DNA of 54,366 nucleotides, filler included, from Perkinsus olseni (Eukaryota): NCBI GenBank assembly GCA_013115125.1. It is 2 parts of 2 records of this genome, joined end to end, with 100 filler letters (N's around TTAATTAATTAA, not from the genome) between each part and the next. Parts side by side here need not be neighbours in the genome. Positions count along the whole stretch, not along the records: positions 27,243 to 54,366 come from JABANN010000472.1; 1 more part is not named here. One strand, 5' to 3'. Shown piece by piece: positions 35,801 to 48,533 of this stretch (position 1 is its first letter; each line of letters starts with the position of its first letter). The notes under the pieces were generated by a model. It saw only the letters and a program-made list of their open reading frames with translations, ran no database searches and was not told where the DNA came from. The position numbers and the translations under genes were made by a program.

Positions 35801-38800
35801 GACGCAGTCGACACGCTCCTCCACCACTATGCTGGCAATCTCGACCGAGAAGAGGAAGGCCGCGTCGCAAGGCGGGGAGCCGCACCAGCAGACATAGTAA
35901 AGGCCATTGGCTGTGAGTTGAGGGATCTTGAACTCCTGTGAAAGCATGCCGCCAGACACATTGGTCATGGCAGCCACCTCCAAGTAAGGTATACCTAGAG
36001 AGGGGGATGGGCTGGCTAGAGCTGGCAAGCGGAACACCCCCTTACTGGCAGTGAATGAGCCATTAGAAGGCGGCATCCCACAGGAGGACTGCTGGGCGGC
36101 ATTAGCTTGCATGATGCCACCATCGACGACCATGACCCGATTGTCAGGTCGCAGTAGGTGGCCCGTGATGGTAACCACAGTGAAGGGCGCCCCTGGATTG
36201 GTGACAATGGGCTGCGCTGTGGGGTCGATTACGGGCCCCCCGATGTTCACAGTGCCTGCAGCAGCACAGACCACCATAGACAGCAGGGCCACTGCATACA
36301 CCACTCACCGAGATTCATCCAAGGGGAGCAGGCCCCCGTGGCGCTGCTCGGCCTGTCACAGTAGCAGACCTGCAGCTCATCACCCATCCCTGATGGCACC
36401 GCCTGAGGGACCAACGGTGTGGCATGCTGCCTGACGGCAAGGCTCACTCTTGTCACGGTTATATTGGACCAGGTCATGCCCAGTAGACTGACGCTCGACG
36501 GAGGCGTAGAGCAGCTTACCGCATTGGCACAGGAGAGGCCGACCACCGAGGACGCCGGTAAAGCGCCTTCACCTAGCAGGCTACTGTGGCGCCATCAGCA
36601 GCACCACGCCCGACTTACAGTCCTCCTCGAAAGCAATTTTCAGCCTAGCCCATTCCCTGGTCCCTGAATGAATGCCGCATCGGCCGTACGACCACCATAC
36701 CCCCTCCTACCATAGTTGCTCTGATGTATCGAGGCGAAGGGGACGTGTATCGAGAAAGGGACGTGGATGACAGCATCGAACACTTGCTTATCAGGGCCTG
36801 CGACGGCGGAGTCTCACAAGGGACACCTCCGATCCCCGAACTCACGTATTTCCGATTGGAGTGGTACTACAACTCCATCTCCATTGAGCGGGAGGGCTAG
36901 ACACTCTTCCTCCGAATCGGGACATTGCTGCGTGTGAAAGCACCACACGTGTACTCTGGTAAGGTTCCCAGCTCCACTGAGGTCGATGTGCACCTGAGGC
37001 CGATGGTCAGCCACCATCCAGACACTGACGATGGTACCAAGTTGAGCCCTGCTATGAGGGACTCTCGGGCCTGGTGTACCCCAAGGCAAGTTGGACCTGC
37101 CATCTTCGTCCTAGTCGAGCACAAGTGCGGCTTGTGTCCCACCCTCTGTTCCATCATCCCCCTGACAGGCCTCTCTGACCTGGGCATGCGTCGGGGCGGT
37201 CCCGTTGACGGTGGGACCAGACAGGGCTGAGCACACCACCGAGCCTCCAGAAGTAACGGCGTAGACCCCGACTGAAGCCACTTGTACGGTGCCTGTGACG
37301 AGAAGGTAGTACCATCAGTACAGTCCTCCAACCTACTGAATGGGGCCTGTCGAGTGCTGATCTCAGAGATACTCCCGGCTACGACCACGGTACCGATGGG
37401 TGCTTCAAAGTGCTCCTGACAGCAACGTCAGCATCAGAAGGGCGGCATATTCATCAACACTCAATCTGCGCTCACCATCCCATCAGAACCATCACATGCC
37501 CTCCCACCTGCTAAGCTCACGAATGCACAATAGCATACCTGAGTAGAGTAAGAAAGAGATGCTGGAGGGAGCGGCTCCAAAGTACAGACCCAACCCACTT
37601 TGTAGCGTCCCGGCCACTCTATCTGGTCGACTATGAAGGTCGCCTGCGTCTGATCGTCGTTAAGGCCATGAACTGTCCCTAGGTAACTCGGTGACGAGGT
37701 GAGGACCTGTACAGTATGTAACATCATCAGCGGCTGGCATGCCCCCCCACCGCTGCCCTTGACAATCCACACTCTTCATTCTCGTTCACCAGCAGTATTC
37801 CATCGTCCGCAGCAAAACCATCAGCAGCAGCTTGGAGGAGACACTGTACGCCTTGGTCACACGACCACAGGGATGCACCTTAGTGGGCGTAGCATCAATT
37901 AAGATCGTACCACGACGGTTGCATCAACCGCTACCAGAGGAAGGCCCACGGATGACGACCCGACCGGCATTGCTGACGAACTGATCAGCCGCACTGCAAT
38001 CGGCCGTACCATCGCAATGGCAGAGCTTGTAGCTGCCGAAGACGAGTGGTACCTGGAGCAGGCGAGGGTCCTTGCGGACACGTTAGGAGAGGGCATTACC
38101 CCGAGTGAGAGAGTGATTGTTTTGGTCTCCGAGTCCAGGGCTGAAGGGTTGAAGTAGCTCTGGCCATCGGCAAAGAGACCGTTGTGATCGGCGCTGCTGT
38201 TGAAGGTGTTATCGTGCGAGCCGTATGTTCCTGCCGAGCATGGCCGATATGGAACTGCCACTGGCATTAGACAGGCTCACTTGTGCCTCTACCGCCACAC
38301 AAGCCGTTGATGGCATCAATCGCAACGAGGCGGTCAGAAATTGTCACATCGCCAGACACCGCGACTTTGCAGTTGACGCGCAGGTAGCAAACCTGAGAAG
38401 CGGCAGTCGACACTCGAGTAGGTCACCGGTCGGTCTTACCTGAACAGTGCTGTGGGTTGTGAGGCCCTTGGATCTGAGGCTGCCAGCAGGGACCGTGTAG
38501 TCGGACAACTCCGTACAGGAAGAGGCTCCGGGGCACCAACAGAGATTGAACACACCGACTTGTCGCGGTATGCCTGCTTCGAACTGGACGACTGTTGAGG
38601 AGTATCTGGCGAGACAGCGAGGAGCACAATGCTAGTGCTGCTTCTTCTGAGAAAGACCCGTCTCACCTAGTTCCCGTCAGGCGCGTGCCTTCACTGAAGA
38701 CAGTGTTTAAAACAGGGTCATCATTACTACAGGTGCCCCACGAGGGCAAGATGATTAGACCGCCACTACCTGAGGAGAAGAGGCAAGGACGCCACCTCAA

Positions 38801-41800
38801 GGAGCCTCGCGATGGCGGCGGTGGCGGGCCTACCATCGCTCAAGACCGCTTCATCGTCCATCGCCACTCTCACTGTACATCCAGCCGTGTAGGCACTGCA
38901 GACAAACTCCTGTCCAGTATCAGCAACACCAATGACACTCAGACCGCCAGATTCCACCAGGAAATGGGCATCCTCAGTGCACGGCCCGCTCGGACAGGTA
39001 CCTGCAGGAAAGGCCCGGCTGCGGAGTAATCCCTCGAGATCTCTAAAAGGTCCTCACGAACGATAAACTCCTACTGTACCACGGTCGACGGCCTTACATA
39101 TCTTGTATGCCCCAGATTTGGTTACAGTGACCTGGTCCCACTCCAGCGTGTCCAGGTCAGGTCCCAGAACGCTAGTCGGCGGCCCTCGAACAGAGATGTC
39201 CGAGCAGACATTGGACCTGCACACCTTCTCCGGAACCTGAAGGGACGTGAGAGTGAACCCTCACGAGTGATGCTGGTGCAACAACAACAAATTGCAGCGC
39301 TCAAAACCAACACGATCCAGTGCTCGGCATGCAAAATGGCTTCACGCCCAGCCGCCTCTCATTTCCCTCAAGGCTACTTATTATCGGCCCGAAGGGCATT
39401 GAACAACTACACTGTACGGACCAACATGGAAGATCCACAGTCCCCTTCCTACTGCGACGTGATTGGTGCTCGCCCCGAATCTGCCGCACAACACGTTGGT
39501 CGCCACCTGAACAGGGAGGACACCATTGACCGTGCCGGGGCTCTCAAAGCGAACTCACTATCCTCATCCGCATTGCCATAGCCTCCACGGAGACCCCTCG
39601 ATTTTGGATCTGGATCGAGAAGGGTACTCCTGAGGTGACCTTGGTTGAGGCTGCTGGGAGGATAACCAGAGGCCCTGTGTTGGAGTTGATGATACCTGGC
39701 AGAAGACACCCGAGCAGGTAAAGTCATTGAGGAATTGCGTTCCCTTCTACCCACCGATATTAACAGGGAAGATGGCGCAGTTATCCCCAAGTGAGGCACA
39801 GTAGCAGATCTTGTAGTTCCCTGGGACACCGATGACTACTGAGGACCAGACTAGGTATGTGCCTGTGGACAGGAAGCCCTGTCTATGGCTCAGGATACCA
39901 GCAGTAGAAGCGGCTCTTACTGTTGCCGGACGAAGGCATCCCTGCTGGAGGTACTACCACACCAGCATCGTTCTGTATACCACTACTCGTGGAGCCTGAT
40001 GCAATAGGCTCATGGCTCACCAGTAGCCCTAGGCCTACATGGATCGGCAAATTTGATGACCCTTATGCGGTCACCCAGACCGAGGCCAGTTCCCCTGATA
40101 GCTATGTCGAATGGGGACCCAAGCCCTGCCGGCGGAGTGACTATAATGTTGCCTTCTGGGCCAGTGACGTCCACCATCCCGGCCTCCACCGAGTAATCCC
40201 AAGGATATACACAGCATATTCGGCCTGAGGAGGGGCTGGGCATCGAGAGGCGCTGTAGGCAGCAGGAGGAGGTGTCTACACTCAGGCATCGTCATCTTCC
40301 CGCACCAACACAGCCGGTATGAGCCGGGGGCCTCGAATAGCGTATCTGCCACCATCGGCCTTCTCCATTGGCCGCTTCATGAAGCCTTACTGTTATAAAC
40401 AACTGATCCATTGGCATCAAGGGAAGGAGAGGTGGAGAGGGAGAGCAGACCGGCACTGTCCGAGGCCGAACTCCCGCACACTTGCGAGGCCGGCAGCACC
40501 TTCACTCGGCTTAGTGAATCTAAGCACGGAAGCTCTTTCCGTGGTCCTGGATGGATGCCTACTGAGGCCTGTCCCTTCGATAGTGATGGCTCCTGCAAGG
40601 CCAGCAGGGAGAGGGGCATGTGTCTGGTTGGGAGAAGGCCCGAGCACGGTGAGGGTGCCGCCGTGGACAACGCCTGACACTCATCCTAGGCCGCGCAGCC
40701 CCACGGTGGACAGATGCCTCAAGGGTGTCTTACACTGCATGGCGGTCGCCGGAGAGCAGTAGCATATGTCAAGTACCGCTGGCTTCAATACCACAACATT
40801 ATCCCATCTCAGCGAGGAGGACCCTGATAGCGACATCTCACCATACGCAGAGGCACTGGCAGCGGCCCTACCCGAGCTCGATGGAGCCAGGGTGCTGAGC
40901 TCAGCTGTGACATTCAAGTATTCCGCCCCGGTTGAACATGGACTGGTATGAGATGCACTCGGGTAGACCTGAGGGTTCCCTCGTCTAACAGCCAAAGGGC
41001 ATCGATCGTCCTCACTAGTTTGATTCTGTCGGCAGCCTGGAAGCCCGTCCCTGCTAAGACTATGCTGCCTGTATCGCCGGCTATTACGGTACTCATACTG
41101 TCCGAAGGACTAACAGAGATCGGACAGTAGTCTGTGCGGCTGAGTACAGCAGCCCTACATCGGTCCTGATACGGTGAAGGTACGGTAGAACATTGATGTT
41201 GGCAGGGACTCGTTGTACGTGTGGGTGCCGGCTGCTGTGGAGCCTAAGGCATCCAACATCATTCGAGCTGTAGGGGAAAGTCAAGAGCAAAAGGGCCGAT
41301 CCGGCAAGGCTGAGACAGGACGGAAGAGGGACACCCATCTCTCGTTGTACTGCGGTGTGATCGAGAGTCTCCGATAGTGCAGTAGGGGCGAAATAAAGCA
41401 GTCCCCGCGATCAGGCGGTCAGTACTTACAGGAACTCCAGGGGCATACACATACAGTGTAGGTGCCGGTGATATAGAGCTGGAAGTTCTCACAGGAGAGG
41501 CTACTGCTCGTAGCCGTACCTACCACAGACAGGCTCACCATGGCCGGGACTAGAGACAGGTCCTACAGGGCGAAGAAGGGAAGATCATGAGCCCCGCGTC
41601 AGTGCATGTACTAGAACCTGGATAGACTGGTCAGCACTGTACTAGACCTTAGTCCTTCCTTACTGTTGATTATGGCCATACTATTGGAGGCATTAAAGCC
41701 GCTACCAGCTAGAGTAACGTTGAAAAGAGTGCCCGCAAAGGGGCTGACCGGCGAGGCCGAGAGGGACGAGTACACAACCTACAAGGGAGGGCGCTGTCAC

Positions 41801-41864
41801 CGTCCACGATACAGTCTGTATGGGTTAAAATGCAATATGCAAAGATGAGGCCACTATGCCACAT
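32875..41864 (-). CDS. Very large type-I membrane adhesin-like protein: repeated Cys/beta modules, TSP1 domain, transmembrane helix, long Pro-rich tail (ends approximate)
   Basis: TSP1 sequence DCVVGDWWAAEDCSKPCGTGSQAFRRNIL..GGTACP..CNTDLCP (~35640-35812). Recurrent motifs LDICYC, GSYRLCWC, GAYKIC, GVFNLCWC, GRYKVCYC, LQVCYC, GLYYVCWC. Transmembrane segment WPVILVAALVCMLAAAGALALY followed by RRSKRK (~34990-35073). Confidence 0.7.
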
Positions 41865-42497
41865 GTGAAAAGGAGGCCACTGTGCCGCTTGGCGCGAGAG
41901 CGACGGTCGAACCACTAAAAGAGTAAGAATTTGCGAGTGCTGCCTCGAAGCCCAGCTGTTGCTGCAGCAGTGTGACACAGTGGCATCATTCTTGAAGCAT
42001 GTGGCATACGTTCTTTCATTATTACTGACTGTATACGACTAGCCTGCCCACTACAGTCTGTCTAAAGAAAGAGGTGACGTGAAGTATTGGTTTCAGTTCT
42101 ATTGAACCGCGGCCAGGCTGAGTAGATCACAAATATGCAGGCCTCCCGACACAGTCCTGGACAATCCTTTCGATCAGAACGTATAGCCGTCGGGCTTACG
42201 GCAGAAGCCAAGTCCCTCGGTGCAAAAGCCACGACGACCGCTATGATGCAGCGCAATAGCGCCTGCCTGTTGGGGCACCGCAGATGATGATTAATTACGA
42301 AGGAGGATCGCAACTACAAGGGGGCCACTCCTCCCTCCCACCGCCGCCTCCCAGCTGAGCGACAAAAGCTCGAACAGCATTGACAACACAACCTCCACAA
42401 ACGGGGAACAACAGACTCGACAAGGCTCACATGTGCAAGTGGATAAGGGTACTGAGGTAAATGCAGGCCAAGCTGCTGCCGGTGCTGCTGCTGGAGG

Positions 42498-45400
42498 CTA
42501 GCCCGAAGAGGAGGAGACTTTGTATCCCATCCTCGAATAGTAGGCCTTGAGGATATGGTCTCGTAGGTCCTCCAACCTCACTATCACTTCGTCAATCATG
42601 TCACTACCCTGGCCGAGATCCCTGAGTCTAGTCCTATCGCTACGAATGATACACGGCAGATCCAGCCCACCTCAGTGCACGCTCAACATCACTGAAGAAG
42701 CAGTCCAAATGGTAGTCGCTCATCGACAGGACCTGCACGCAGCTCTTAAGTACCAGATGAAGTGCCGCTGTCCTACCGAGTGTATCTCCTCTAACGTCCG
42801 TCCCCTGTACTCTGACGAGGGCCCTCCAAACACCTGCAAACGTTGAGGATAGGAAGAAGGTTCCTCGGGAGGGGATACGAAGACTAGCCCCGCCCGACCT
42901 GAGTGAGGTACTGAGTCTGGCCCTTCCTGATGACCGCTAACTTCGCTGCATTGAAGAAGTTATTGAGCCGCTTATCCCTCACCACCACCTCATACAGCCT
43001 GACAACAGCGACAGTATCATGCAAGTTCCACAGGGGCGCGGCCTCCACCTGTCCACAAAGTCATTCATGCCGTCTTCCAAGCCAAGCCGTTGATAGAGAC
43101 TCTCCTCCTCCGACTGGTGGCGCCTTTCCGCCTCTTCCCTGCGTATCGAGTAGCCTGCACAGAGAGGCACATTGACAAGTGCCACAGAAGTGACAATTGC
43201 GGGTCGTGCAGTCGAAAAAGTAGTAGTGTTGGCGAGATGGCGTGGGCTTCTCCCTCTGGGTACTAAGAAGCGGCACGGCCACGTGAGCCCTATAGCCGCC
43301 TATGTTGTTCACAAGAGATAGCAAACAGGAAGAGGGCTCGACCATCCTGGGCATCAATGAGCGCACAGTACAGGACATGCAGAGTCAGCTCCCACCCAGA
43401 CGAAGGCCCACCTGTGGTGACGTCGGTCCGCACACGACTGACAATGATTAACGCATCATCAGTGACGTCCTCGGGGAGCTCGAGCTGCTGTGCCGCTGCC
43501 ATCATGGCCTCTAGGAATGCATCGAAGTGTAAGTTGGTGAGGTTGAGGCCATAATGCGCGGGCTTGAGGTCGGCGCTGTTGTACTGCACCTGCAGGAGAG
43601 CAAAACATGCTACTGACCCAGAAAAGGCGAGGGACAATCGCCCAGTGCGAAGCCTACGGCGACCCCGAAACCGTACAGTACTTGACGACGATCACAGCCA
43701 CCCCTACGGAGCCACTAGTGAGGGCCCCACGAGGTTGCCAGATGATACTAGTATGCCACGATCACGTCAAGCAGGAGGAGCCAATCGAATCAGATGCGTG
43801 TCAGCCCTCTTGAGGTGTAGACACCCAACCAAGCAGGACTGGAACAGCGGTGGGCACTATCGACTCATCGACCAACCATTTCCCCCGTCAACTTCGTTAC
43901 GCGTTGGCAACGGTATGGGAGGCTTACCGGTCCCCCAAAGGCACCGGAGAGGTACTGATAAACCTTCTTCTGGATCTGCTTCAGCTTGGCCGGTCCCTTA
44001 TCCAAGTAGTAGCGTAGCCTGTCGTCTCCGACTGCTGCTTGATAGAGGAAGTCAACGAAGGTCTCCAGGCTCATGTCGCCTGGCGAAGGAAACTCCGAGG
44101 CGAGGGCTTTGAAGTCTCAACGCACCTCCCATCCGATCAATCACGGATTGCCCTTGTTTGAAGGCTAAGGCCCGGAACCTGAGGAAGCAACCACCTCGTG
44201 AAAGAGAACACAGCCTCGGAGAGAGAGGGCGCTCAGGGGTACCGCTGGTCGAGGGCACAACAGCAGCCGCTATGTCACCCCCCTTACTCGTCCTCCTCTG
44301 TCCTGCCCAGTACAGATCGTCGGAGAGGCTCCAAGGCTATGAGAGCCTCATCAATCGTCCCATCCTCAATGCCTGCACCCTGTAGGGCTCGCCCGAATAT
44401 ACCAATAAAACAGTCAAAATGGTAGTCCGTAACCTGATAACCTCCAGGTCCAACACCATCAGAGCTGCACACAATCCTACCCCCAAGCCACGGTGTATGT
44501 CCAGGAGATCCCTCCCTTGATAGGTCTTTGGCCCTCCCAGCTGGTTTATCGTGAACACTAGCTGCCCTTGCTTGATCCTGTCCGCATCCTTCTCAAAGAA
44601 GTGCTTTATCCGCTGGTCATTGACCGCCATGCTGTAGACCATATCAAATATTCTAGCGAGGCCCTCCGACTCGCCAAGCCTGAGGCAAGACAAGGACTGC
44701 CACGACCAACACACACAGAGAGCAGCAGCACCTTCTGAACATCTGATCGGACCCCTTAGCCAGACTCCTCTTAGCTATCTCGGTCCGTACTATATACCCT
44801 GTACACACATTCTCTCTAGCTCCCTGTAAGGCCCTGACCACGTCTGCCGCTCTAACCTACCACCGCTGCCGGACCTGCCCACCTCGAGACTTGTGCAGCA
44901 TCGCCACCGGGTATATCCATCCGATGCATGACTTCCCTTAAGATCTCTATGACCGCATCAAAGTGGAAGCTGGTGATGTTCATAGAGTAATGGGCTGGCT
45001 TCATGTCCGCAACATCATATGCTGAAGGGCCGCCGATAGCACCGCAGATGTACTGCGCCATCTTCTTCTTGATAGATTGCACCTAAATGGCTCCACTCAG
45101 GCCTCCCACCAAGGGCATATCTTTACCTTAGCCTTGTTCTTCTCGAAGAAGCTCCTCAGCCTGTCATCAGTAAGGGCACGGCCATACACCTCCTCTACAA
45201 CCATAGTCACCGTCCTCTCCCCACCCAGTCTATCATACCTGCCGATAAAGTCCGTCGCCCAACGAACCCCTTCGCACTGACTTACAGAGGCTTCCTATTG
45301 GCAGCCTCCTGCACTTTGCGCACATCATGATCTCGCAGACTTGGATGTACTACGGAGTCTCGGACCGTCTCCAGCAGCACGATACCTAGCCACCGCTCAC

Positions 45401-48400
45401 ACTTGGGAAATACAATGGTCATCATCCTACACTCGTCGATGGCGTCAGGATCCAGACCAACGTTGCCAAACTCCCTCAGGGCGAGCTCGAGGAAGGAGTC
45501 AAAGTGGAAGTCCGAGACTCTTATATTAGCATGTATCGTTGGTAGATCTCTGCCATCATATTCTACCGCACCACCAAAGACTTGCTTAAGGTAGGTGCCT
45601 GACAGGCTCAGCACGTCGAAAGCCCCTCCAGCGATCTCTCCCTTGTTACATTGATTTTTCTTCAGTTCCTCTAGTTTAGAACCAGCGAAGAAGTGCTTCA
45701 CACGCTCATCAGCCTGCAGTGACTCATACAGCCTGTCGACGAAGGCCTCGAGGCCCTTGTTCTCTCCCAGTTGCGACCACAGTCCCTGCGTTCCTGCTGA
45801 CTCGGTCCTCTTCCTAGCCAACTCTAGTCGGACAGTGCAGCCTGCAGTAAACGAGAAAGGTTAGCTGGTTCCCTTCGGAGGATGGAACTCACCCATCGTG
45901 ACGCTAGGCCGGGCCCTAGAGACCACCTCCGTGATGTCATCCGCTAGACTGGCGTCGAGGTCATTGAGCTCGCAGGCAACGGCGAGGTTCTCCAGTATGC
46001 AGTCCACGTGGAAGTCGGTGATGTTAAGAGGATAATGCACTTTACGGATAGTACTAGCATCATACTTCTGGGGACCGCCGAAGAGCCCCACCAAAAACAT
46101 AACCTACACGACCGACTGTTCGGGCCGACTGAAGGCTCCTGCGGGGCAGCTCGGGGTAGTACCATCATCTCCTTCAACTTCTCCACTCTGGCTGCCTCCA
46201 TGGAGAAGAAGAACAGTACCCTAGGGTCTCGCAGGATACCCGAGAACATCGTCTCGACAATGGACTCGACAACCATCTGCCCTCCGACTCTGATGACCAC
46301 AAAATGCCGGTGTAAGAGCCACGCTCTCTCACACAGGAGAAGCGGTAAGGAGACGTTGATACCAACTCACCGTTCAAAAATTGTCCTGCCATCAACTATC
46401 TTCTGGGCTGCCGCGATGCCTCTTTCCCGTGCTAATATATCTGATATCAAACCATAATGAACGAGGACAGGAGGAGGAGGCGAACGGGGAAGGTACGGCC
46501 TACGATGGACTATCGACATCAATGAGGAGCAGCGAAAGAGGTCACTGAGATGTCCTCGAGAAGCCTCAAAAGAAACCTTTCATAACAAGATCCTCAACCC
46601 TGCCCATCAGCCCTTGCTACCAGAACGGAATCCCTCCAGAGTGACCATGACCTCGTCTACAGATTCTTCGTTCACTCCCACACCTGAGAGGATGCCAAGA
46701 ATGCCACAGCAGAAGGGAGGGGCCCTGAGCACTACTGTTGAGAGCCTTCTCGAAGTTCATGAGGAAACAGTCCAAGATGTAGTCGTTCAAGCCCAAGTCC
46801 CTGTGGACGGTGGCCAGGTCGGAGCCTGGGAAAAAGATCTCAACCGAAACAACGCTATCGACCCTTCTACTGCTACCTTCATATTTCTTGGGGCCCCCGA
46901 GTGCCTCGCCAAGGAAGGAGGTTTGGGCCTTCTTGATTTTCTCCAAGTCATAGCCTGTAGAGAACAACAGCATCGACTTGACAAGACATGCTGCTGTTCA
47001 GGGACCGACCTTTGAAGATCATCTTCAGTCGGACATCAACAGAGACCAGTTCATAGACCTTATCCATTATCAAAGCAAAGCCATCTACCTTCCCCATACG
47101 GCTCCATAATACCCCCTTATCCTGGTCAATATTCCTCTGAGCCACCGCCATACGAACAGTACCTACACCACCCACGCCTGCTGCTCCTGCTGCAGTAGAA
47201 GCAACAGTACTAGGAGCAGTAGTAGTGACAGTAATGAGTAGTAGTAGCCCTAACGTGTGATGCCTTACAGCCGGCTGTGATGTCCTTCCGGGCCTGACCA
47301 ATCCTCTGCATACCATCTCTAACAGCATCAGGGTGTACCTAGGCACCACCACTGAAGGGCGTGGATGATGCTAAGCCTCGACTCACTCCCATGCTCTGAA
47401 AGGCCTCCTTGAACATCTCCTGGACGGCATCAAAGTGATAGTCAGTAACGTTGATGTAGTAGTGTGCTGGCTTCAGGTTATCTTCATCGTACTGTGACCG
47501 ACCACCTACACAGGGACGATGACCAGGAACCCATAGCAGAGCCTACGGACCTAGGAATCCTGTTAAGAACTGCTGCATCCTCTTCTTTATCATCGCCATC
47601 TTCATCGGGTTCTTCTCGAAGAATGCCCTACAGCAACGGTGATGGGCTTAAGCCACTATCACTATGACTACCCACCGGGTCCTAGTGTCCTTATCAGCCC
47701 TAGAGTAGACCATGCCGATGGCCGTCTCTAGACTGAGGTCACCCCCTAGCCGCTCGTACAGGGTATTCCTCTTATCATCCTTCCCTATCTTCTTTAGTGC
47801 CAGGAAGCCGAGGTCCAAACCGCCTTCCTTCTTTCGGTTCTTCGCTGAATTAGCGGGAGAAAATCCGACGGTACGAGTTGAGTTTCCCGAACGAATACAT
47901 CAGAACGCATCGTCCCTATCAAAGGCCCCGCCAGGTCTCCACGAGTGAGTGATAAGCGACAGCCTACGCCTCGCGCGTTTGCTACCATTCTGCTCAGCGA
48001 TCTTAGCGGCGTCCGCCAGCTCTTCCAACTTCTTCGCAGCGCTCTCTCGGAGCTGTAACAAGTGTTTCTCTGCAGCAGCAACAGCAGGTGATCGATAAAG
48101 CGTGATAGCAGCATGCATTGAGTCTCACTGCTAGCCGGTACGAACGGCTTCTCCTTAGCTGCCTTTTCGGCGCTAACCTTCATCACCTTCAACTTATCCA
48201 GCATTCCACCCAGCTTCTGCTTCACAGCTGAAAAGGCCAGAAAAAAGTGAAACCCAGCCTCGAGGCCAGGCTAATCCCGGGTCAATAGTGAGTAAATTCC
48301 ACTGGTTCTGAAAGCGACCCGGCCCAGCCGCGACGATCATTACCCGCTACATCACAGGCCGTCCTCTCAAAGTCCTTCACCATTCGAGCGGGATCGAAGG

Positions 48401-48404
48401 ACAT
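42498..48404 (-). CDS. Poly-globin: eight tandem group I truncated (2/2) haemoglobin domains after a ~120-aa charged N-terminal extension
   Basis: Start MSFDPARM (48404), stop TAG at 42498-42500. Eight repeats begin TLYERLGG, LWSRMGK, TIFERVGG, LWSQLGE, LYDRLGG, MFRRLGE, VIDRMGG and SLYQRLG. Each has the EF Gly-Gly motif with a downstream Tyr, a proximal His and an HFD-like G-helix motif. Confidence 0.93.
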
Positions 48405-48533
48405 GATGATGATACTAACAACGGCAGACTATGTTGTATCAAAATGCGCTGATTATCGATCAGGATGGCGCGCGCTTTTCTAAATTTGATGAAAGCGGAA
48501 TCATCAACTGTGCTTTTCCGGTGTTCTCCTGTC
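48405..48533. promoter_or_regulatory. Putative bidirectional promoter / shared 5' region
   Basis: Only 129 bp separate the divergent start codons of the poly-globin gene and ESF1. Confidence 0.5.
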
